61,450 bases of DNA from Octopus bimaculoides. Taxonomy: Eukaryota. The stretch covers positions 110,228,803 through 110,290,252 of the forward strand of contig NC_068982.1 of the NCBI RefSeq assembly GCF_001194135.2, given 5' to 3'. The position numbers were made by a program, and so were the translations under genes. This document shows positions 51,283 to 61,450 of this stretch, piece by piece (position 1 is the stretch's first letter; each line of letters begins with the position of its first letter). A model generated the notes under the pieces. The model worked only from the letters and a program-made list of their open reading frames with translations, did no database searches and had not been told where the DNA came from.

Positions 51283-52530
51283 CAAGGTGTCTCGAAATTA
51301 AGGCAACCGAAGTTTCGGGCTTTAATAACTATCAATACATGTAATAAAATATGAAAATTATACATCATTCTAAAAACTTAGCGAGTTTTCTGTTTGTTTC
51401 AGACTAAATAAATTCATATTTATAAATTAGATAATGGTTATATACCGAAATACAATCTCCGCAAAGGAGACGAAAGTAATACAGCTATAACTGAACAACA
51501 GCTAAAAAATTAACCGAACAACAGTCTGGAAAACTGTCAAGAAATTTCAAGAGACTGGTACCATCGCTGATCAACCTGGACGCAGCCGAAAAAGAAATGT
51601 GCGGACCCCTCTGCTTATCAAAAGTACCAGAGAAAAGATACGACGAAATCCTCGTCGTTCTGTCAGAAAACTGGCTGCCACTGCAAAAGTAAGCTGAACA
51701 TTGATCCGCCGTTATGAGCTCACGTAAGTTTATAAGGCCATGAGACGGAAGAGAAGTCATCTTATCCTGCGTCAGATTGCTGAAGACACGCTTCCCAACC
51801 TGATGTTTACTAATGAAAAGAAATTTGACATCGAATAGTCAGTAAACCACCAGAATGACCGGCATTGGAGTGTATCTGGCTCCGTCGAGGGTAGACATGT
51901 AAATCGACTTCAAAATCTAGTCAGTTATAGTTTGGGCGGCTGTGGAAGCCACTGGAAAGTCTCCTCTCATTTTTGTGCCCTCGGGTAACAAATTTAACAC
52001 CCACCGATACATTAGCGACATTCTGGAAGCTGAAAACTGTTTCCATGGCCGAATGAGCACTTTCAAGGCGCACTTTGGAGCCTCCGACAGGACTCCACAC
52101 CATCCACAGCTCCAAACAGACACAGCACTGGATTCAGAAAAACATTCCGTCGTTCATAGGCAAAAATGTATGGCCCTCAAGAAGCCCCGATCTCAATCCG
52201 TTGGATTTTTCTGTTTGATCCATTTTAGAGACGAGGGTCTTAAACACTTCTCCTGCTTTGCTCGACGCTCTGAAGGCAAAACTGCGCCAGGAATGGGTTT
52301 CAATTCTGCAAGAACAGCTGCGTGCCACATGTGAAGCATTCACACCTAGACTTAAGGCTGTGTTTCGAAACACAGGTAGTTATATCGAATAAATGTGGTA
52401 GTGTTATAATTATTTACCATTGCATTGTAACGCTTTACTATTGCATTGCAACGCTCAGACCCGAAATATAACAATATTTTGCTGTGGCAAAATTGAAAGA
52501 AGTAGGTTACCTTAATTTTGGAACACCCTG
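51283..52530 (+). mobile_element. Full-length decayed Tc1/mariner element, DD37D (maT-like)
   Basis: 26-bp imperfect TIRs, TA TSDs, 1248 bp; KIRRNPRRSVRKLA, FTNEKKF, VIVWAAV, QDSTPS, WPSRSPDLNPLD; 37 residues between D2 and D3 after restoring one deleted base. Confidence 0.9.
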
Positions 52531-52570
52531 TATATACCTATATCTATCTGTCCATTTATCTATCTGTTTA

Positions 52571-52609
<39 letters not shown>

Positions 52610-53589
52610 GTTTGATTTTTTTATCATTCCCTTTCTTTAAATCTCTTCTGGCAAATGAAATACATCAATACATAATGATTTTAGAAGATATTTCATCTGT
52701 TCACTAATCTTACAGTTTAATGTGTATGAACGCCTGTTCCCAAATATTGTTCTTTGAGAAGAATTATTCCGTTCAATTTCGAAGTGAAAAGTCATAATGT
52801 ATTTCTTCTTTTCATCATTCTAACCACAACGCACACATACACACACGTGTACAATACTCTCCATATACAAGCGCTTAATTTCATTGACATCAACTACTAA
52901 AAGGGATCTTCGTTTATACTCCTTCGTTATTATACACTATTATTTTGTCTTGTTATTTGAATCTCTAACCTAAAACGGTGATCTAAACTTTGGGTTTTTT
53001 TTTCTTTTTCTGTTTTTTTACCTAAAAAGAAGTTGACATCATATAACGACTATACTATTGAAAGGACAGAGCTTCTTACAATGTATTGTGAGGAATTTGG
53101 GATATGAAAACTGTGTAGAAGCCCGTTGTATATATACATGTGTATCTGTGTCAGTGTGAGTGCGTGTGTACGTGCGCGCGCGCAGGTGTATGTGTGTGCG
53201 TATGTGTGTGGGTGCGTTTTGGGAAAGGAAATTTAAAAGAATAAAAAATAAATAAATGCGAAAAAACATGTTAGGTGATGTGTCTTGTCAGTCGGTGTTT
53301 ATCCAGTCATAGTTGAAATAAGGTAGGACTGTTTGCACTTTTGGACGTGTCAGCATAGACAAGAGAAATGGAGAAAGAAAACCAAAAAAAAAATTAAGTC
53401 AGAAAAGTTAAAAAAAAAAAAAAAAAGAGAGGAAGAGGGACACTATGTAGGAATAAACAGAAGAGAACCGTATACTTTAGAAAGGATTGGCTTTGGCTTT
53501 TGTTATTGGTCAAATGTTTAATGAGTTTTAAAAAAAACACATTTGTCTAGGAAAACATGCTGTAATATTTTAATGCTAGCGTACGTAAA

Positions 53590-53646
<57 letters not shown>

Positions 53647-54362
53647 ATATTGTGTTATATCAAAGTATTAGAATCACCAAAGTGTATTTTAGTATTCTGT
53701 TTTACGAAACGTTGATTAAACGAATGGTTGGGTGACTGTGGGTTTGGTAGACTGTTTTGCTTTTATTGATACTTTTTAGGTGTTTTCCTTTTACTTTTTT
53801 TTATAATTGCTGTATGCGAATGCGTTCAATTATATTTATGGATTCATCTATATAGAATATATCATAGTTCCAGTAGTGTATGTATGTATGTATGTATGTA
53901 TGTATGTATGTATGTATGTATGTATGTACGTAGTGTGTGTACTTTTATATGTATGCCCAGTTGAGTGTCGCATACAACAAACATAAATACACTGGCAAAC
54001 AACGTCAAAATACACACACAAACATCTGTGCAAGTGTGTGTGCACATAAACGAAGGTAAATCTAAATATACACGAATCTCTTTATAAATATAAAACACAT
54101 ACTAATAGACGTACGTACTGACACAGTATAAAACACATGCTAATAGACACACGTACGGACTACATATAATTTTACAGGAGTTAGACACGTACACATGCCA
54201 AACGTAGTTTCCTTTCCAACTCGAACAAATACGAACTCTCCGCCATTTCAACAAACTTCATTTAACCCTATCCTCTCTCTCCCTCTCTCTCTCTATCTCT
54301 CTTCCACCCCACCTCTCTCTCTCTCTCCCTCTCTCTCTCTCTCTCCCTCTCTCTCTGTACAT

Positions 54363-54372
54363 NNNNNNNNNN
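54363..54372. other. Assembly gap
   Basis: Short N run before (TA)n. Confidence 1.
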
Positions 54373-54417
<45 letters not shown>

Positions 54418-54789
54418 AGGTTCTTTTGCTCACGTAGGAAAGTCAAAATTATTCTCTGAACGACAACCGTCAGATTAATTTGCAACAATCCTGTCTCTTC
54501 GACCTGTAGAAAGGACTATTCAGTTGAGTCTCACTTTAAAGGTAAGAAGACAATATTTTATTCTTAATGCTACAGAAACTATGAGCGTAATGGTAGAATT
54601 ACTGGTGTTGAATGAAAAAGAATGACAATATTTAGTTTCATCCCTGCATGTCTTGAAAGTTTATATAGCATCCGTGTCACTTTTCTCATCATCCTTTCAG
54701 AATAGATGAATTCCACACCATTTATGTACTGTGGTTCAGTTCGTCAACAATATTCCCCTCCAAAAGAATTTGAGTCTTACTGTAGCCCA

Positions 54790-54834
<45 letters not shown>

Positions 54835-54835
<1 letters not shown>

Positions 54836-55155
54836 TACCTAGCTCAGATACCAGGAAACCCCAAAATGGCAGAAATTCAAAAGATAGTGCTCATGGAAAC
54901 TGCCCATATCCTACGTAAAATACTGTCTATGTAATCTCAAATTTTAAAACAAACACAACTTTCTTATGGTTTTTAAACATTCTCTAGAACAACACTATGT
55001 ACAAAACCAAATATATGGTACCCTAGTCATAACGCCAGCATGAATGTCTAACTTGCTGTCTCTTGAGGTCTCTGGGTGAGACTTGGAGCCAACTTATACA
55101 AATGCAAAGCAAAAGTCAAACAGAAAATAATAATAACAATAATAATAATAATAAT
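54835..55155 (+). mobile_element. Dong/R4-like 3' end embedded in (AAT)n
   Basis: YLAQIPGNPKMAEIQKIVLMETAHILRKILSM* then 3' UTR; (AAT)n at 54790-54834 and 55126-55155. Confidence 0.8.
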
Positions 55156-55562
55156 ACTGAATGTTAAACTCATTTTTCATTTTATATTTTTAATTTAATT
55201 TTTAAATGGTAGAAATATAAAAGCCACGATGAAAAACAAATACGAAAATGCAATAGTAAATATTTGTATTTGCTGTATCATTTTATTTTCATTTTAATCT
55301 ATCATACCTTAAACAGTAATGCTCTAAATGGCCCAGCTCGACCATCAACGGTCTGAACAAAAGTTTTGGGTCTGTAGTTAGTTTTATATTTAAAAAAAAA
55401 AAGTCACTAGTTTGATATAAAATAAGTCGCTACTTTTTTTATATCGAACAATCTAAAGCCTAAATCAATTAAAAGTTAATTTACAAACATTTTATGATGC
55501 AAGAATAAACAAACAACACTTCCCCATTTCCTCAAAACTCATACGACATACACTACAGAAAC

Positions 55563-55950
55563 GTTGTTGTTGTTGAGTTACTACATGCTACATTAGTTAC
55601 AGGGATGTAGGTTTTGGTGGAAACAGGTGTCCTCAAATGTCAAGAATCTTTCTTCGGATTCTTGCAAAATACAGGATGACACTTATCTGCAAGTGGACAA
55701 TTCGTGCGTCGATTCTAATATCCTTCGTTTAATAGATTGAAGTTTGGTCGTTGCGCACCAATTATCACAGGAACAGTTGTCAGCTTTGTTTTCTATTATG
55801 TCTTTATCTCTTTGGCTAGGTTCTGATATTGCTCGATATTCCCAATTTCTTTAATATCCACTCTATTATCAAATGGTATTGCATGTTCTCTACAAACATG
55901 TCACATTTACCTGCGTCCAGTATAGTCAATCCTTATGATGAAATTCCATA
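55563..55950 (-). mobile_element. REL-type non-LTR 3' fragment
   Basis: AIPFDNRVDIKEIGNIEQYQNLAKEIK..TTVPVIIGA; (CAA)n tail at about 55563-55575. Confidence 0.6.
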
Positions 55951-56255
55951 AAAATCAACACATTATTAACCACCAGCACACCCTCTGGTTCGTATTCATA
56001 CCACTTTTTTTCCATCACTTTGAATCCACACACTCGGCTATCATCTCAAGTCACTATTTTATCGACACAGTCATACGTACCTCTACCCTCTTTTTGTGCT
56101 AGCTTACTGCATTCATTTAAGAGGTGGGTAATACTTTCGTCTCCTTTTCTACAGATTGTGTTTTACTCTCTGACTGAATTTTATCAATCTTTGCCTTTAT
56201 AAATTGATTCTAGTGGCTTGTTTCCGAGCGGTTGTAATAAGTGAATCGGTTTCTC

Positions 56256-56257
<2 letters not shown>

Positions 56258-56315
<58 letters not shown>

Positions 56316-56349
56316 CGGCGGCGGCGGGGGAAGCAGCAGCAGTAGCAGC

Positions 56350-56386
<37 letters not shown>
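56258..56386. repeat. (GTA)n microsatellite interrupted by GCG/GCA triplets
   Basis: Directly visible. Confidence 0.95.
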
Positions 56387-57289
56387 ACAATTTAAGTGAC
56401 ATGATTAACGATAACAGCAATGATACACGCACAACATATATACATTCTCTCTCTCCCTCTTTCTCTCTTTCTTTCAAGCGCGCGCGCGCACTAACACACA
56501 TTACAATAATCGAAGGAATGAATGGAAAGTTTGAATTAAGAAATGAGTAAAACGATTTCAGATTTTCTTCATTGAGTGAGTCTACTTCAGAAAGACAAGT
56601 GAAGAAAAAATCTATTTGGCAAACCTGTGTGACAAGGAAAGATGCATCCATACCTCGGTCTTTTACCGAATAGCGATAAAAATCAAGAAACATATCTATG
56701 CATCTTGAAAGCCACAATGGTTTTTCATTCCAGCGAAAGCGTAACTGTGAACAGTCCTGGCTGATGTGTGGAATCACTTCTCTTTCATTGACCGAGATAG
56801 GCACTATGAAACCATCAGTGTGTAGCATTCAAAACAAGGACGAAACCAAAACAAAAGCCGTCGAGCTAGTAAAAGTTCGTACCACTACATTTACGGCACC
56901 GCAACACAAGAGCTATAATAAAGGATATTGATGACAATTTTGAACCTTGGTTCATCTTCACTTTTATGAAAGCAGAAAGGGCCAAAATACTTAAGAACTG
57001 TGTATATAGTTGAGTAAGGTCTATATATGGCTATTTATATTTACAGAGCACGACGAGAAGAAAGACCGCGCTGACTTTGCCGAGAATTTTATCTGAGAGC
57101 GCAGAGAGACTTAACGAAACGCGCCATAACATTTTGTCCGCCAGTCGATCGGCATAATCGTTAGAGAGTCGGATCAATAGCTAATAATTATTGCTCCGAT
57201 GAACTGAAATCTCACAAAGGCCTACTTTGTCCTTCATTGTTACGGGGTCGGTAAAATAAAGCACTAATCAAGTACTGCGTCGGTTTCTC

Positions 57290-57330
<41 letters not shown>

Positions 57331-57533
57331 TTAGCCTCTTCTCATTTCGCATGCAAGAGAAATCATCTCAAGAGACCACGGAACATGGTGGGCATGGATG
57401 GGTTGTATACTGTACGAAACGGCTAAAACAACAAAAAGAAAATCCGCTGCTCAATCAACTCCATCCTTTATATAATGATAATAATAGCAACAGCAGCAGC
57501 AACAGCGATGGTGGTGACGGCAGCAGCAGTGGC

Positions 57534-57576
<43 letters not shown>

Positions 57577-57805
57577 AACTGTTCGTGACAGTTGACAGTT
57601 GTATCATTTAAGAGGTGACTCACTTATTTACTTATTTGTTGAATCTTTACTGTCCATTCTACGAATGAAACTACAAACAAACCCTCCGATAGTCGGTTTC
57701 ATTGAAAATTATTTGTTTTCTGTATTAGTTAATTTAATTTACTTTCATCTTAGCTGACGGGTTTTACCAGACGTCTAATACAAACCACAATTTGAATAGA
57801 AGTTT

Positions 57806-57847
<42 letters not shown>

Positions 57848-59883
57848 TTCCTTTCTTTCCTATCCTTCCTTTTTTCCTTTCTTACATTTTTATTTGTTTT
57901 TCCTGCTTCTATCTTATTTTACATTGTTTGCAACTCTTTGTTTCCAAGTAGTGTTTGCAATGTAAATACAACAGATTTTAACAAAAATTAATAAAGCAAA
58001 TTATATGAGATGATGACGTATAATCGTTTCACGCGATTATATTACAATATACTACTGGTAGTTTTTTTTTTTTTTTTTTTTTTTTCGATTCTGGTGTAAA
58101 TCGTTACTGTAAATAATCAATTAAGATCCCCGCTCTTGTCTGCTCCATTTTAGTCAGAAAATAATTCTAGTAAATCTTGTCTGGAAAAAATTTGATTGTC
58201 TATTGCATCTTATTTCTTTAAATTTTATTCAATATCTGTCTTGTTGAAACTCGAGTTATAACGAAAGTTCAAATTGACCTGGGCGAAATTTTAATCATAA
58301 ATCAATGAGCATTAATCTAATGTTATGTTTTAGCATTCTTAGCAACCATAACAACTGCACATTTTTCAGTAGCTTACAAGCTATTTCAGAGAATATATTA
58401 TTACATGTGAGATATCATATATCATTATACGGTGTATCACAACTGTCCGTGTAACACAGTTGGCTGCAACATAATATATCACAGCTAGTAAACTATACCC
58501 TATTATCTTGCACAGACACAGCAGAAATAGTGGACAAATCGTTTACTATTCCGTACTGTCTGCACTGATACACAGACTTTTCAAACATCTTCAACTTCTT
58601 TCACTACAGAAACTTTTTTTACCATCACCGTTGTTTTATCCTATCAGATTCTTTGGCCAATGTCAAAATTAGCTCAACTCTTCATACAACATCCTATCAC
58701 CATTTGGATCCTTTGATTAAGTTAGATACTAGTCGGAGCTTTGGAAATTTGTTCTGACTACTTCTGGTTAAAAATGTGCTTGAATATACACAACTACGAT
58801 GGTGACCAAGACTGTAAAGTTCGGTATGTCTCGCCAATCCGATACAAACAAAGCCACATCTAAAGCCGTAATTTATTCGAAACTAAACTGCTGCAGTAAA
58901 GTCAAAGATTATTGCAGCTAGAGGAAAGCTACTCTTTATTAAAAGGCTGCAAGATTCTTTTATACCCGGTATGGGATACCACAAGATCTATCCTCACATT
59001 CGTTTTATGTATATGATCTTTTCTTCTTCAAAAACATTCACAGCTTCATGCGCAAATGACATCACATTCACATCTTGCCACCACCCTCTAGGTACAACTG
59101 CATAATTTCCCCAGCCTGGTATCAACCACCAAGAAACCTAGCTCCAAAGTAAAAGATTTGTAGTAGTACATACCAAATCCAATATCTCTTTTACTAGCAA
59201 CTCAAATAAAAAGAAACTACAACCAGCTTTGGCCCTTAAAAATATAAATACATGATACTCACAAAGAAAACAATTGCATACCACGGCACATGTAGGAAAA
59301 ACAATGTAGAATGAAAAACGGCACACAAACAATCCATTGTGAATTATGCCAGCCGTCCCTGGATGTCAATATCTCCATGTGCTGCTGATTCGTGAACCAT
59401 ATTACAAAGCTTAATTCAAAATTGCAGTATCTAGGACAGGGCTGCTGCTACATGGCATCCAAAAAACTTTTTGTTTGGTTAATAAAGTATCGTTCACAGT
59501 TTGCTACAAACATTAGATCACTTGTCACACTGTTCTCTATATGTCTTCTACCGCTACTACAATGGCCTCTGCTCCTATTAACTCTCTTACTGGATGTCCT
59601 CACCACCCAGTCAGCCAAGACCACTAGAGACAACTCATATGAGTTTATTCTTTCCCCTCTATCTCGCACTCGACATTTTCTAATCATCCCTACCCTAAAT
59701 GCAGTTTTCTGAAATCACCGCCCTACCCACATTTATTCTGCCGAGTTCTACCAACATACATTCAAATTGATTTGGTCACAGGAAGGATCTAATGTCATAG
59801 CTATTAATCCATCTCGTAGTAAAAACAGCTCGTAAGTTATTTTTGTGTGACAAGTTATATCATCACCCGCTGCCATTAACGTA

Positions 59884-60119
59884 TTATCACAATTTTTAAC
59901 ATTATAAAATGCAATCAAAGACATCAGCACTCTATATTGTTATATATTAACGCAGTTATACTTTCCAACTTTATCACAATTTGGTTCGCTTTACGTTACC
60001 ATCATGCGTGACTTTTTGTTTTAGCTATCACAGCTAATCACATCATATACAATTATCACAACTCTCTACATAACGTATTTTGACAGGCGGTTATACTACG
60101 TAGATTTATAACGTTATCA
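59884..60119 (-). promoter_or_regulatory. Cluster of five same-strand WGATAR (GATA) motifs upstream of the IB-domain exon
   Basis: TTATCA at 59884, 59971, 60053, 60114 and CTATCA at 60025; four extend to TATCACA. Confidence 0.3.
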
Positions 60120-60231
60120 GAAGCGGTCAGCGTTTTTAAGTTTTTATGTCTAAATGTGGCAAAACGAGTCTTATCGTCAGTTACAAACAAAAAGCTTTTA
60201 ATAGAGTTATTTATTTCGTTGCAGGAATATA

Positions 60232-60461
60232 ATGATCAAGAAGCCTCCAGGTGTTTTGTCCCTCCAAAATGTTTATATCATTAGCACTTGCTTTGCTTTT
60301 GTGATATGCTTTTCCCCACCAGGTTGCCCTTGTCAAACAAATACAGCCTACAAATGCCCAGTACTGCCAAAGAGAGATTGCGAAGTGGTCTATGATTATT
60401 GTGGCTGTTGTCCACAATGTGCTCTTGCACTGGGTGAAAGATGCCAAGAGTTCGGAACTGT
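60232..60461 (+). CDS. Coding exon: signal peptide plus first part of an IGFBP N-terminal (IB) domain, secreted IGFBP-related protein
   Basis: Acceptor TTTCGTTGCAG at 60224, ATG 60232, hydrophobic VYIISTCFAFVICFS, CPC..C..C..DYCGCCPQCALALGERC, donor GT|GTAAGA at 60462 (phase 2). Confidence 0.85.
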
Positions 60462-60552
60462 GTAAGATTGTTTCTTTTTTGTTTATCTTCTCTTCATATT
60501 CAAGTTCAATGACATTAATATAATTGATACACATCAAAAGTCATGAACGCAG

Positions 60553-60624
<72 letters not shown>

Positions 60625-60829
60625 AGTAAGTCCCAAAAAAAGCGAAGAGCACAAGAAAAAACACAAGAAAAAAACAACAATGCGAGGACATGGTATATGC
60701 AAAGTATTAGCAGACACTCAGGGAAGGAAAGAAAGGTGGTCTTACGTTTCGAGCCAAGCTCTTATTCAGAAACAGTGGACAGAGAAAAGTCCAAGAGAAA
60801 AGGAAGACGGAGGAAAAAAATCTCCAGGA

Positions 60830-60920
60830 CTTCTTTCAGTTTAGGTTTACCAAATCCACTCGCAGGGTGTTGGTCAATTCGAGGTTATTGTAGGAGAGAC
60901 TTGACCAAGGTGCCGCACCT
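60830..60920 (-). mobile_element. Degenerate family A SINE fragment in intron
   Basis: CTTCTTTCAGTTT..TACCAAATCCACTC..GACTTGACCAAGGTGCCGCA. Confidence 0.6.
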
Positions 60921-61162
60921 TTGCTATTTACTTGGCTGGTTTTCTTTTGGGTGTCATTAGATCATTTGTGCATGTAGCAGTAATATCAGTCCAATCAGAA
61001 ATCAATAAATAACTATTAAGAATCTCTGTGAAGTAGATAATTATAATAATTATAATTATACGAATGTTACAGTTAGAAAACTAAACATTATTCTAGCAGT
61101 AAACAAAACTACATTACATTTCTTTATATTGGCTCATAAAACAATACATTTTTTCCCTTCAG

Positions 61163-61249
61163 ATGCCAAACAGGACTGATTTGCCTTTGGGATCGATTCT
61201 GGTATGATGAACCTCTGTCTGGAAAATGTTGGTATAGAGGATATGCCAG
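61163..61249 (+). CDS. Coding exon completing the IB domain; gene continues beyond window
   Basis: Acceptor TTTTTTCCCTTCAG, phase-compatible reading (V)CQTGLICLWDRFWYDEPLSGKCWYRGYA, donor AG|GTGAGG at 61250; supplies Cys 10-12. Confidence 0.85.
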
Positions 61250-61327
61250 GTGAGGAATGAATGAAATTTTATGCTTTTTAGTGTTAAAAGCTGTTAGCGC
61301 CAGATAAGTTGTCCCTGACCCATTTTC

Positions 61328-61369
<42 letters not shown>

Positions 61370-61450
61370 ACTGCAAGGTGGTTTTTGCATATGTAATATA
61401 TAATACATGTATAATGTATATGTGATATGTGTGTGTGTGTGTGTGTGTGT

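Noticed and set aside
56980-57200. Possible promoter of the IB-domain gene (TATA-like plus CpG patch)
   Set aside because: TA-rich motifs are ubiquitous here and no exon or donor could be tied to it.
56184-57611. PolyL, polyV and polyS ORFs
   Set aside because: Produced by (GTA)n and (GCA)n repeats.

Overview
About 61 kb of AT-rich animal genomic DNA with six assembly gaps, dense microsatellites and many transposon remains. The SINE and microsatellite profile suggests a coleoid cephalopod, probably Octopus (inference from recalled repeat families, not a search). The only supportable host gene lies in the last 1.3 kb: two + strand coding exons (60232-60461, 61163-61249). They splice in frame into a signal peptide plus a complete 12-Cys IGFBP N-terminal (IB) domain, and the gene runs off the window. 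The rest is repeats. There are at least five tRNA-headed SINE families and three internally deleted Gypsy-type LTR elements (one a 1-kb miniature with an intact gag/integrase-tail fusion ORF). There are six 3' fragments of restriction-like-endonuclease (R4/Dong/NeSL-type) non-LTR elements, plus Tx1 and RTE LINE fragments. DNA transposons include a decayed hAT (Charlie/Buster) transposase, hAT MITEs with 8-bp TSDs, a full-length decayed DD37D Tc1/mariner, a mariner-derived MITE and an unclassified hairpin element. Two hammerhead-ribozyme-like motifs are also present. Most ORFs in the supplied track are microsatellite artefacts. I found no convincing new multi-gene system. All protein and family assignments come from motif recognition by eye.
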